This document shows, in pieces, positions 28,095 to 37,417 of a stretch of 64,000 nucleotides of DNA; positions within the stretch are counted from its first letter, which is position 1, and each line of letters starts with the position of its first letter. The notes beneath the pieces are model-generated. The model saw only the letters and a program-made list of their open reading frames with translations, was not told the origin of the DNA and made no database searches. The DNA is taken from the IMG/VR virus record IMGVR_UViG_3300033571_009404, positions 186,001 to 250,000 of that record; one strand, 5' to 3'. The translations under genes were made by a program, and so were the position numbers.

Positions 28095-30230
28095 ATGAGT
28101 GAGTTAAAGAGTCCATTTGTTCGAGAAGCTAACACGTATCGTCGTGATGTTAGCGTGCTCGAACAGTATAAAGAACAGACAGCCACCTACCTGTCGCTGA
28201 AGTTTGGCAAGCCCTACGAATGGTGCTTGGAATACGTCAAGAACAACATGAAACCAGATGGTGCATTTCCTTTCAAGGATCCGACTGCCTACTATCTGGA
28301 ACGTCAGCCTAATGGTGACCGTGAACCTAAGTCCGGTCCCATGTCGCAGTATCTGGACGAAGCGATTCGGTCTAAATCGCTCGTTGCAGCTACATTCACT
28401 ATTTACCATCCACCGTCCCGTGTGCGATCGTATCTGGTGGACTTCATTGATGAAAACGTCAAGAAGCGCGGTGTAGCAAAGAAGGCTATGTTTAAAGCCG
28501 AGATGGCTGGTGACAAAGTCTTGCAAGCCATTAAGAAAGCCGAACAGAATAACAAGAAAACCAACAACAACTCGATTTCTGGTGGACATGCACAGGCATC
28601 CACACCGCTCTACAATAAGACATCCCATAGTACCCTGACGTCAACCTGCCGTAGTACCTCAGGTTATGGCAATGCCAATAATGAAAAGCTGCTCTCTGGC
28701 AATCGGCATTATTGGTCTCCTCACATTGTGCGCAATAACATCATCTCCATTATTACCTTGGTGGATATGGATGACATGCAGCGCACCATGGAAAAGTTTG
28801 GCATGCGTTACCCCACAGTTGATGAGATGATGGAAACCATCAAGTTCTCAACAGATCTGTACTGGTGGAGTGATATAGAGATGGCTAATATTCGTGAACT
28901 GGTAGAAAAGTTAACTCCAGTGCAACGTGCAGCTTTCGTTTATGTGGGCGACTTCCACCACATTGCCAAATACAATCATGACATGTTCAAGAAGTTCTTG
29001 GACAAGCTCACCACCGTGTCGACGGAAGCACTGCCTGACCACATCGACTACATGAAGACTACGGTAGAAGAATACCGTAACTTAGCTGTTCTGATGCATC
29101 CAGAAATCACCAAGGGTCTGAATGCACAACAGTTAGAAGCTAATCCCGACTTCTCCATTGTTGCCGGGACCGCTAAGAATATTGAGAACGTACTGGAAGA
29201 GTACCGAGACTTCATCAACACTATCTGCATGTCGAGGGTAGTTCCTGCGTCTCTGGCTTCTTTCCCTGACTCCATTCGTCGTAGCGCATTAACGTCAGAC
29301 ACTGACTCGACCATCTTTACCGTACAAGACTGGGTGCAATGGCACCGTGGCTATATGGGTGTGGATAAGCCGACTAATGCGACTGCGGACGCAATGGTGT
29401 TCTTAGCAGCACAATCGATCATTCACGTGTTAGCGCGTATGTCCGCTAACTTTGGCATTGAAGACAGTCGTCTGTTTAAGATCGCCATGAAAAACGAGTT
29501 TAAGTTCGATGTGTTCGTACCGACTCAGCTGGCTAAGCACTACTTTGCATTGATCAGTTCTCAAGAGGGTAACCTCTTTAAGGACTTCAAGGAAGAGATT
29601 AAGGGCGTCCACTTAAAGTCTTCTAACGTACCTAAGCGTATTGTCAAACAAGCGCAAGGGATGATGCGTCGGATCATGGACGACACCATGTCTGGCAAGA
29701 AGATTAAGTTGCTCAATTACCTGAAGGAAGTGGGTGATGTGGAGCGCGGTATCTTTGAATCGATCAAGCACGGTAGTTATGAATATTTCCGTGTGACCCA
29801 AATCAAGCAGGAATCCAGCTATGGTAAAACCGGCATGGAATCCAACTATTGGCATTACCTGATGTGGCAGGAAGTCTGGGCACCTAAGTATGGTGATACT
29901 GCACCCCCGCCGTTCATGGCTGTCAAATTGTCGATTGGTCTGAATAGCCCAACTAAGCTCAAAGCTTGGATTGAGTCTTTTGAAGATCGTGAATTGGCAG
30001 ACCGCTTGACTAAGTTCATGGCCAAATCAAAACGCGATAAGCTTTCCCTGATGTGGTTACCAGAGCAGTGCATTGCTGGTGCAGCCGGTATTCCTCCTGA
30101 GATCTTGTCTCAAGTGGATACCCGTAAGATCGTATTTGATACTGCGGCTATCTTCTACAAGGTATTGGAATGCTTGGGCTATTATTCTGAAACCAAGAAA
30201 CACGTCAAGCTGGTTAGCGACTATCATTAA
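28095..30230 (+). CDS. Split family-B DNA polymerase, polymerase-domain subunit (phiKZ gp50-like)
   Basis: Motif B-like KKTNNNSISG, motif C TSDTDS and HLKSSN; AAGGAG SD before ATG 28095. Confidence 0.88.
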   Translation: MSELKSPFVREANTYRRDVSVLEQYKEQTATYLSLKFGKPYEWCLEYVKNNMKPDGAFPFKDPTAYYLERQPNGDREPKSGPMSQYLDEAIRSKSLVAATFTIYHPPSRVRSYLVDFIDENVKKRGVAKKAMFKAEMAGDKVLQAIKKAEQNNKKTNNNSISGGHAQASTPLYNKTSHSTLTSTCRSTSGYGNANNEKLLSGNRHYWSPHIVRNNIISIITLVDMDDMQRTMEKFGMRYPTVDEMMETIKFSTDLYWWSDIEMANIRELVEKLTPVQRAAFVYVGDFHHIAKYNHDMFKKFLDKLTTVSTEALPDHIDYMKTTVEEYRNLAVLMHPEITKGLNAQQLEANPDFSIVAGTAKNIENVLEEYRDFINTICMSRVVPASLASFPDSIRRSALTSDTDSTIFTVQDWVQWHRGYMGVDKPTNATADAMVFLAAQSIIHVLARMSANFGIEDSRLFKIAMKNEFKFDVFVPTQLAKHYFALISSQEGNLFKDFKEEIKGVHLKSSNVPKRIVKQAQGMMRRIMDDTMSGKKIKLLNYLKEVGDVERGIFESIKHGSYEYFRVTQIKQESSYGKTGMESNYWHYLMWQEVWAPKYGDTAPPPFMAVKLSIGLNSPTKLKAWIESFEDRELADRLTKFMAKSKRDKLSLMWLPEQCIAGAAGIPPEILSQVDTRKIVFDTAAIFYKVLECLGYYSETKKHVKLVSDYH

Positions 30231-30241
30231 CAAGAGGGGAG

Positions 30242-30721
30242 GTGCTCATGTACCTCGCATTAAACGAAATGCTCATGAATCTTGAAGAAAGCCATCGACC
30301 CAGTGATGGCTATGGTCTGTTGGGTAATCTTGCATCTGATCTGAATCAACAGACCGATACCGCAGTTCAGTTTGTTAAGAACGAAGGTCATACTGGCGGT
30401 CGTCTTTTCAATGTCACGGTCAAAGATCCTAATCTGATCTGTCAGTTCGGTACGCTTACCGAAGTCATCGACATGTCAGATTGGGTTGGTCGTACTTTCC
30501 TCGAAGCCGTGCTGAAGAACAAAGTTCTGACGTTCTATGTGGAAGGTAAATTCTTAAAGGAGTTTCGTTTTGACCATCTCCATCCAGATGTCGACAAAAC
30601 CGTTGTATGGGGAGTCGCCATCCTCCGCACCAGAGACGAAGCTCGGGTTGTTACCGAATATGAAATCTCTGATCCAGAAAATACCAAGTCCCTTGTCCCT
30701 GGTAGGAGCCTTTTTAGATAG
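30242..30721 (+). CDS. Hypothetical protein (possibly the N-terminal part of a frameshifted gene)
   Basis: 159 aa, GGAGG SD; ends at AGGAGC-CTT-TTT-AGA-TAG while the +1 frame stays open. Confidence 0.65.
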   Translation: MLMYLALNEMLMNLEESHRPSDGYGLLGNLASDLNQQTDTAVQFVKNEGHTGGRLFNVTVKDPNLICQFGTLTEVIDMSDWVGRTFLEAVLKNKVLTFYVEGKFLKEFRFDHLHPDVDKTVVWGVAILRTRDEARVVTEYEISDPENTKSLVPGRSLFR

Positions 30722-32204
30722 GGGTTCTTCAAAGAACACTGTTATCTCAGTAAGGGGTAAAGGGCGAATCGTTGAAGTCACTATCGACGGTGAAACCCAT
30801 CAACATCATCTACGCGAGGGTGACGGTTCTTATACGTTACGATTGGACGTCTCTAAAGTAGGCGCTAAAGTATCGATCAATTATGAAACGTGTGTCGATC
30901 GCCCTCATCCCAAATCAAAGAGGCGCGCTGAATACTTAAATCAGCGCCCTTATTACAATCGATATGTGAACATGGATACTGAATACAACTACTTGCTGAT
31001 GTCTGTCTTGGACATCTTAAAGACCTTCGGTAAAGCTTCTCGTGATGAGATTCAGTCTTACGCCAATTCCTCTCCGGTCGTGTTCGATTCCCTGAATGAA
31101 TTGAAACTGATCGAACTGGTGCCAGCTGAAAACGGCGAAGAGAAAGATATGTTCTCTTTGTCTGAAGATGGTATTGCCATGTGGGCTAGTAAGAAAAGCT
31201 ACGGCAATAACTTCCATCAGGACTACCAGTTAGCTGATGACGAGTTTAAGGTACTGCAGTTGCTTTCCACTCATGGCCCGATGACTGTGATGGAACTGAT
31301 GAACATCCTGAAGATCAACGTGCTCAATTCGGTATCGCGCCTGCGTCATGTTGAACTGATCGTGATGGTCCAGAAGGAAAACTCCAAGTCTGTCTTCTAC
31401 ACCATCGCCGACGATCAACGTGATGAGATGATCATCTCCCTGCAAGAGCGTGCAAAGGACGATCATTACTCGGCTATCGCTACAGAGATCGCTGCCCTGG
31501 AAGAGTCCAAGAACTTCGTTTCCAGTTTCAATGGCGAACCTCTGGAAGATGTAGCTGCTGTGACAACTTCGCCGTTGTTCCAGACGGGTGAGTTGGTCAT
31601 TTTCTTCGATATCCCAGAAACCGGTATGGTCGAGATCGATGAGGAGGGTTTACAGCATTTCGAATTCCTGAAGAATTTGCATGAAACGGTTGGTAAGGAG
31701 TCCAGGCTTTTGAATTTCAAGATGCCTCGCCGTATCTCCAACGTCGTCTTACCTCCTCCTCCTGGTTTTCAACAAATCCTTGTCGGCTCACAACCGACAC
31801 CCACCCCGGAAGTCGCCAGGATCAATGCGAGCTATCAGCCTGGTTTTAACTTTGAGGCTGAAGAAGAAATCGGTCTTAAACTCTTCCGTGCTCTGGAATT
31901 CTGGCAGAAGCATTTTGTGGCACACGGTTCTAAGCTGGATGGTAAAGGTGCTGCGAACTCCACCTTGGCTAAAACCAACATCTTCTTCATGTCGGTGCAA
32001 AATAAATCGAAAGTGGTGGATGCTGTCATGCTCATGAATGCCTATCCATTCCACATCACCGGTAGTGAAACTTTCCACCACGAAGCTGATGATACCGACC
32101 ACAAAGTTCGTTGGTCTTTGGGCTATAGTGAGTTGTGCGACGATGCCGATGCTCTGAAAGCGTCTCAGGATCTTTTGAACCATCTTCGCAAAAAGAAAGA
32201 GTAA
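30570..32204 (+). CDS. Hypothetical protein with one or two winged-helix-like repeats; start uncertain
   Basis: VLDILKTFGKASRDEI...LNELKLIELV and VLQLLSTHGPMTVMELMNIL...VSRLRHVELI are wHTH-like. The track start overlaps the upstream ORF; other in-frame starts are 30660, 30843 and 30972. Confidence 0.65.
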   Translation: MTISIQMSTKPLYGESPSSAPETKLGLLPNMKSLIQKIPSPLSLVGAFLDRGSSKNTVISVRGKGRIVEVTIDGETHQHHLREGDGSYTLRLDVSKVGAKVSINYETCVDRPHPKSKRRAEYLNQRPYYNRYVNMDTEYNYLLMSVLDILKTFGKASRDEIQSYANSSPVVFDSLNELKLIELVPAENGEEKDMFSLSEDGIAMWASKKSYGNNFHQDYQLADDEFKVLQLLSTHGPMTVMELMNILKINVLNSVSRLRHVELIVMVQKENSKSVFYTIADDQRDEMIISLQERAKDDHYSAIATEIAALEESKNFVSSFNGEPLEDVAAVTTSPLFQTGELVIFFDIPETGMVEIDEEGLQHFEFLKNLHETVGKESRLLNFKMPRRISNVVLPPPPGFQQILVGSQPTPTPEVARINASYQPGFNFEAEEEIGLKLFRALEFWQKHFVAHGSKLDGKGAANSTLAKTNIFFMSVQNKSKVVDAVMLMNAYPFHITGSETFHHEADDTDHKVRWSLGYSELCDDADALKASQDLLNHLRKKKE

Positions 32205-32213
32205 GGTCATAAA

Positions 32214-32235
32214 CCCCACTGCCTAGGCAGTGGGG
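32214..32235. terminator. Terminator-like hairpin between convergent genes
   Basis: CCCCACTGCC-TA-GGCAGTGGGG preceded by GTCATAAA. Confidence 0.7.
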
Positions 32236-32251
32236 ACGAATCAATCGTGTG

Positions 32252-33379
32252 TCATGGTTGCCGGTATCCAATACTGGCAGCTATGGCATTTATGACCTCA
32301 TCTACGGCTTCCTGGTAGTTGAGGGGTAAAACTTGTTCCATGATTCTTGCATTACGAATCATCCGGATCTCTCTGAACAATCGATTCAAGACCGTACCGT
32401 TCTTATCACGCGCTGATTGACTCATGGTCATGATTAAGAAGTAGAAGACTTTCAATCGACTGTAGAGCATCGCCCAGATAATCTGCCGAGTCGGTGGATA
32501 GTCAGGTAACTCCATGGATTGGTACAGATTCTCTTTGAACACAGCAGGGTAAGACTTCAGCAAACCTTGGAAAGTACGAGGTGCTGCTTCTAGCCAGCCA
32601 TTTAACTCCATGAGCATCTGATCTAACTTAGCAGAGAAATCAGTCAGATAGAAAGGATGACGATTTTTCATGTTGTCTCTGGGTAATCCAAACCGTAGCG
32701 CGTAAGCACGGTTAAAGATAACCTGGTCAATCTGAGTAGCCAGCATGTTAGGTAATACATACATGCGCAAAAACATCATGAGAGAACGTTCAGAGTCTTC
32801 CCAGCCTCGATCAATCTGCACTTGCCATTCATTACGTCTGAATTCCCGATACATGGTCGCTAGCATCGGGATATCGATCGTAAAGACTGAAACAGTATCT
32901 AACAGAGGAAGTTCAGAACTAATGAACCCCCGACCGTCTGGGATGTCTAAACCCAACGAGGTGATGGGACAAGTCACTACTCGAATAGGAGTAAGGTTCA
33001 TCCAGTTCTCTGGGACCTTACGCAAATCAAAGAAGTTGGTTTGACTAATGAGAACTTCTCTGGAGTTACGTCCATAAAAGATCCCATTAAAAAGTGTACC
33101 TTTGTAAATGGCTGAAGTCATTCCCATAACACTGGAGAGATGGGGAGCAACAACAGTAACATTATCGTAATAACGTTCGATGTCCAGAGATTTGGGAACA
33201 GAGATAGATTGCAGCAGCCTCACTAAGAAGTGATCGCCTGCCACCGCCGTGGGATTGGTTCTATAGTACTCCAGAACCTTGTCCACATTGCGTCTTAATC
33301 CATCTCGGATATAGCGCCACTGAGCCTGCTTGACTAATGGTTCAGTCAGCTCAGCGCCGAGATCAAAAAGATTAAACAT
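32252..33379 (-). CDS. Conserved phiKZ-like protein (gp52-like position, probable virion protein)
   Basis: 375 aa; reverse orientation between the DNA polymerase and chimallin, as in phiKZ-like genomes. Confidence 0.6.
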   Translation of the reverse strand: MFNLFDLGAELTEPLVKQAQWRYIRDGLRRNVDKVLEYYRTNPTAVAGDHFLVRLLQSISVPKSLDIERYYDNVTVVAPHLSSVMGMTSAIYKGTLFNGIFYGRNSREVLISQTNFFDLRKVPENWMNLTPIRVVTCPITSLGLDIPDGRGFISSELPLLDTVSVFTIDIPMLATMYREFRRNEWQVQIDRGWEDSERSLMMFLRMYVLPNMLATQIDQVIFNRAYALRFGLPRDNMKNRHPFYLTDFSAKLDQMLMELNGWLEAAPRTFQGLLKSYPAVFKENLYQSMELPDYPPTRQIIWAMLYSRLKVFYFLIMTMSQSARDKNGTVLNRLFREIRMIRNARIMEQVLPLNYQEAVDEVINAIAASIGYRQP

Positions 33380-33403
33380 GTTAGAGCATCACTGTTAGTT
33401 GAG

Positions 33404-33676
33404 TTGGATGGTGAACATAGGATGAAAGGAAAAAGTTACATGACGGAGCCATTATCTGAAGAGAAAATTCGTTCACTGCTTCCTGACAGGGCGGCATGTG
33501 AATTTGAGACTGTGATACTGCGTGGAGCAATACCGTCCCGTAGTCTGAAACAGGTGAGGGCCTCTTATAAACAGTGGTTCTCCATGGGAGATAGTGAACG
33601 AAAAGCTTTTCGTCATTTAAAAGAGTTTATCCGGGAAGAGTTGAGAAATAATCCACAGCATGAGTTAGAAGTGTAG
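33404..33676 (+). CDS. Small hypothetical protein
   Basis: 90-aa ORF; AAGGA precedes an internal ATG near 33439. Confidence 0.45.
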   Translation: MDGEHRMKGKSYMTEPLSEEKIRSLLPDRAACEFETVILRGAIPSRSLKQVRASYKQWFSMGDSERKAFRHLKEFIREELRNNPQHELEV

Positions 33677-33829
33677 TTCTAGTAAAAATTTACTGCACTG
33701 ATGCTTATGTTATGGAAAAGAGTAACATCTTACCGGTACCTACCTAGAGTTGAAACATACTCTAGGTAAGGAACATATATGTGTCTCGGTCTTTTCAAGC
33801 CCCAAACTTGATTCAAAAGAAATGTAGAT

Positions 33830-33839
33830 ACATATCACT
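33830..33839 (+). promoter_or_regulatory. Putative early (virion RNAP) promoter element ACATATCACT upstream of chimallin
   Basis: Same motif at 11362; ACATATTAC at 42669, TATTAC at 22773, TATATCATT at ~47844. Resembles the phiKZ early promoter TATTAC. Confidence 0.5.
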
Positions 33840-33925
33840 AAATTGATCATAGTAGCGGTAGTCTATGCATCAATGTTTGTTTGCGCAAACAATCATTTCT
33901 TAATTAACACGCAAAGGAAGAAAAC

Positions 33926-35830
33926 ATGGCTCTGCAAACCGATGGTGAAAACAACAACCAATCCGGTCAACACCAACAGCGCGCTGCACAACCGCAATCG
34001 CAGCCGCAACAACCCCGCGCTGCTCAACAAGAAGCCTCCGCCGGTCTGAAGTCGTTCCGTAACCTGTCGAGCCTGGGTCCTCGTCTGGGTAATCGCAACC
34101 TGTACTCGGAGTACGTCACCAACACCGTCGACAAGCTGAAGGAAGTCATCGGCAAGGCGATCCAAAGCCAAGAGTACGACCACGACGTCATCGCCATGCC
34201 GGAAGACGCCAACCTGGGTATCTCCGTGGTCGCTGTGACCGTGGCCTCCAAGACCAAGCGTAACCTGGGTGTGGCATACTTCACCCTGCTGCTCGAAAAG
34301 ACCGGCACCGCACTGCCGCTGCGTACCGAGCGCGTGCCGACCCCGAAGGGCGAAATCACCGTGGACGTTCTGCGTACCACCAGCGATCGCTACAACGTGC
34401 CGATGAAGAAGATGGTGGAAGAACAGCTGCGTCGCCACTATCCGAGCCAGAAGCTGATCTCCGCCGACGGCACCCGCGTTCCTGCCGACTTCAACCCGGA
34501 CGACAAGGTCGCCGTCAACGAACTGGCCATCGCCTCGTACTTCGCTGCTGGTACGGTGCTGACCGAGTCCGACGAGAACTTCCGCGACATCAACCTGCAT
34601 GACATCGCTCGCGATTCACAGCTGCAACTGCGCCCGACCTTCGCTTCCACCGTGGAAGTCAATGCTGTCGGCGAACCGATTCGCTCCGATCTCTCGCTGG
34701 ATCTGACGGCGCAATCGACCCAGACCTCCGGTATCCTGGGTGAAGAACAGATCAACAACCTGTACAAGCTGTCGGCGTTCATCGACTTCCTGTACTTCCC
34801 GCGTGAAGAACAAGGCGCTCTGGGTGGTGGCTTCGGTCAACAGCAACAGACGCAAGTTCTGCGGACGCAGAAATATCTGCCGCGCATCGTGATCACCAAG
34901 GCCGAGTCCTATGGTCCGATGAGCCTGGGCTTCAACCTGCTGGGTATCGCTCAGTCGGTGGCTCTGCTGGCTCAACGCAATGCATGGATGCAAGCATACC
35001 TGCCGCGCATCGGTGCCAACGTGCGCGAAATCCAGGACGTCGGCTTCATGAACATCGAAGCCAACCTGGAAGAAAACCAATCCGGCTTCGGTCAACACGT
35101 CGATACCAGCGCTGCTGACTTCGATGAAGCTCGCATGGTGCAGTACCTGACGATGTTCACCCGTCCGGATGTCAACCCGATCCTGTCGCAAGACATCCCG
35201 CTGTTCGATCCGTCGACCTGGTACCTGACCCCGCTGCTGGCTGCCGCTACCGGTAACCCGCAAGCCGAGAAGCACCTGATCAAGGTGGCCAACGAGCTGA
35301 CCAACTACAACTTCGAGAAGTACTTCCCCGAAGGTTCGAAGTTCGTGGTCAACACCGGTGAGCACATCCACCTGGGCTGGTACATCGACCAAGACGGTAC
35401 CCGCCGCGACATCCGCGACATCGATCTGAACGCAGTCCTGGCACGCCAGGGTCACATCGATCCGAAGATGGGCGAGCGCTGGACCGAGACCTTCCTGGCT
35501 GCCGACGTTCCGGAACAGCTGCGCCTGGCTGATCGCAAGAAGATCATCGACGGCATCGCACGCAACGCAACCTACACCGGTTACGCTGTGCGCATCAGCT
35601 ACACCACGGTGGCACTGAACGCGCTGGCCCAAGGCTGCCGCGACGCCGGTCTGGATGTGAAGAACGTCCTGGCCTACGCCAACCTGAACGGCACCCAACG
35701 TCATCGCGCTGCTCTGGACAATGGTCTGCTGGCTCAAGCTGGTGCTGTCGGCGCCTCGTTCCTGAACCAAGGTACGGCTGCCGTCAACGCTGGTGGTTTC
35801 GGTATCGGCACCACCAACCGCTGGAACTAA
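33926..35830 (+). CDS. chmA: Chimallin, major phage nuclear shell protein (phiKZ gp54-like)
   Basis: 634 aa, disordered Q-rich N-tail; segments GEPIRSDL, FIDFLY, PRIVIT, DVGFM, NTGEHIHLGWY.D.DG..RDIRD.D and TYTGYAVRI match remembered chimallin sequence; extreme codon bias; directly upstream of the nvRNAP beta' subunit. Confidence 0.9.
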   Translation: MALQTDGENNNQSGQHQQRAAQPQSQPQQPRAAQQEASAGLKSFRNLSSLGPRLGNRNLYSEYVTNTVDKLKEVIGKAIQSQEYDHDVIAMPEDANLGISVVAVTVASKTKRNLGVAYFTLLLEKTGTALPLRTERVPTPKGEITVDVLRTTSDRYNVPMKKMVEEQLRRHYPSQKLISADGTRVPADFNPDDKVAVNELAIASYFAAGTVLTESDENFRDINLHDIARDSQLQLRPTFASTVEVNAVGEPIRSDLSLDLTAQSTQTSGILGEEQINNLYKLSAFIDFLYFPREEQGALGGGFGQQQQTQVLRTQKYLPRIVITKAESYGPMSLGFNLLGIAQSVALLAQRNAWMQAYLPRIGANVREIQDVGFMNIEANLEENQSGFGQHVDTSAADFDEARMVQYLTMFTRPDVNPILSQDIPLFDPSTWYLTPLLAAATGNPQAEKHLIKVANELTNYNFEKYFPEGSKFVVNTGEHIHLGWYIDQDGTRRDIRDIDLNAVLARQGHIDPKMGERWTETFLAADVPEQLRLADRKKIIDGIARNATYTGYAVRISYTTVALNALAQGCRDAGLDVKNVLAYANLNGTQRHRAALDNGLLAQAGAVGASFLNQGTAAVNAGGFGIGTTNRWN

Positions 35831-35862
35831 TCTACCCTCCAAGGTAGTTTAGCGAAATAAAT

Positions 35863-35884
35863 GGGGAGGGCTTCGGCCTTCCTC
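35863..35884 (+). terminator. UUCG hairpin after chmA
   Basis: GGGGAGGGC-TTCG-GCCTTCCTC followed by a T-rich tract. Confidence 0.7.
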
Positions 35885-35926
35885 ATTTATCCCTTAGTTT
35901 TTCTTTTTCTTTTAAGGGAGTCAACA

Positions 35927-37393
35927 GTGGGCGTTCATCTGGAGCTAGTTAACTTTGATGATCTGTATAACAAGCGATCTGGTCGTTTGCCAAAGATTAT
36001 CAATGATCTGTCTGAGTCGACGGAAGAAGACAAAGAAGAAACCAATCGTCTCATTTACAGCAAGTTCTTGCCAACAGACTTGCTGAGCAATACGCCGCAG
36101 TGTGGTTGTGGATATGTCTACAACACGTTCAACATTGGTGTGGTGTGTCCCAAATGCAACACTGAAGTCGCATCTCCTACCGATCAAGCGCTGGAACCTG
36201 TGGTATGGATGCGTGCACCTCAGGGTATCAAGGCATTGATGCATCCTGATATCTACACGATGCTGACGAATCGCTTCAAGATCGGTGGTTTTGATCTGAT
36301 CCGTTACTTCGCCGATATCACCTACAAGACGGATACTCGTCCGCCGCCAGTAGTGGGTGAATTGCAGCAGATGGGTTTCAAACGAGGTTATAACAACTTC
36401 GTGACAAACTTCGATCATCTGATCCAGACGCTGTTTAACATCAAGCCATTCTTCAAGAAGAATGAAAAGGATCGTCTGCAAACGCTGATCGAGCGCAATC
36501 GCGCAGTGGTCTTCCCTAATAAGCTTCCCCTGCCTAACCGCAGTTTGCTCATTATCGAAGATACCAATATGGGATTGTTCGTTGATCCCATCATCGAGAA
36601 AGCAATCGATGCTATCCAGACCATCGTCAGTATCGATGCACCGTTGTCGAACTACACAGCAAGTCAGAAAGAGAACCGTACGATCAAGGCCATCATCCAG
36701 TTGGCTGAGTTCTATGACAAGTACAAGGCTGATAACCTGGCTCGTAAAGAAGGTATCTTCCGTAAGCAAGTCTTCGGTTCCCGGTCGCACTTCTCTTGCC
36801 GTGCAGTGGCATCGTCCATCACGGACTCTCACGAGTACGATGAACTCCATCTGCCGTGGGGTGTTGGTGTAGGTCTGTTCCGTGAGCACCTGAAGTCCAA
36901 GATGTTCCGCGAAGGCATGACTTCCCGTCAGATCGCGTCGCATCTGAATGACTATACCCAACGTACCGATCCGCTGTTGAAGCGTCTGTTCGAAGAACTG
37001 ATTGCTGAATGTCAGTACAAGGGTATTCCTGTCGCTCACCAGCGTAATCCTTCTCTGGAACGTGCATCCATGCAGTTGATGTATGTGACCAAGATCAAGG
37101 ATGACATCACGGATGTGACTGCATCCATGTCCATTCTGTCGATCGTTGGCTTTAATGCTGACTTCGATGGCGACCAGCTCAACACAACGTTGTGTTTGGA
37201 CAATATGTCAGCTGAGGAAATGCAGAAGCTTGCTCCTCACATGTCTGCGTTCGGCTTGAAAGGACAACGCAGCATTTCGAAGAACATCTCGATGACGAAG
37301 CAAGTGGTTGCTCAGATTGCTAACTGGTACGAGCATGAAGAGGAACCGGATCCTGAGAAACTGGCTATCATGGCAGGCTATCCGGATGCCTAA
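35927..37393 (+). CDS. Non-virion RNA polymerase beta' N-terminal subunit (phiKZ gp55-like)
   Basis: Catalytic NADFDGDQ motif, Zn ribbon CGCG...CPKC, RKQVFGSR and RNPSL; GGGAG SD before GTG 35927 (track start 35861 lies inside the terminator). Confidence 0.93.
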   Translation: MGVHLELVNFDDLYNKRSGRLPKIINDLSESTEEDKEETNRLIYSKFLPTDLLSNTPQCGCGYVYNTFNIGVVCPKCNTEVASPTDQALEPVVWMRAPQGIKALMHPDIYTMLTNRFKIGGFDLIRYFADITYKTDTRPPPVVGELQQMGFKRGYNNFVTNFDHLIQTLFNIKPFFKKNEKDRLQTLIERNRAVVFPNKLPLPNRSLLIIEDTNMGLFVDPIIEKAIDAIQTIVSIDAPLSNYTASQKENRTIKAIIQLAEFYDKYKADNLARKEGIFRKQVFGSRSHFSCRAVASSITDSHEYDELHLPWGVGVGLFREHLKSKMFREGMTSRQIASHLNDYTQRTDPLLKRLFEELIAECQYKGIPVAHQRNPSLERASMQLMYVTKIKDDITDVTASMSILSIVGFNADFDGDQLNTTLCLDNMSAEEMQKLAPHMSAFGLKGQRSISKNISMTKQVVAQIANWYEHEEEPDPEKLAIMAGYPDA

Positions 37394-37417
37394 GTAGTAA
37401 ACCAAAGGAGGTGTTGT

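Noticed and set aside
34616-35842. 408-aa antisense ORF inside chmA
   Set aside because: Shadow ORF: strong codon bias in the sense gene removes stops on the opposite strand; no SD or motifs.
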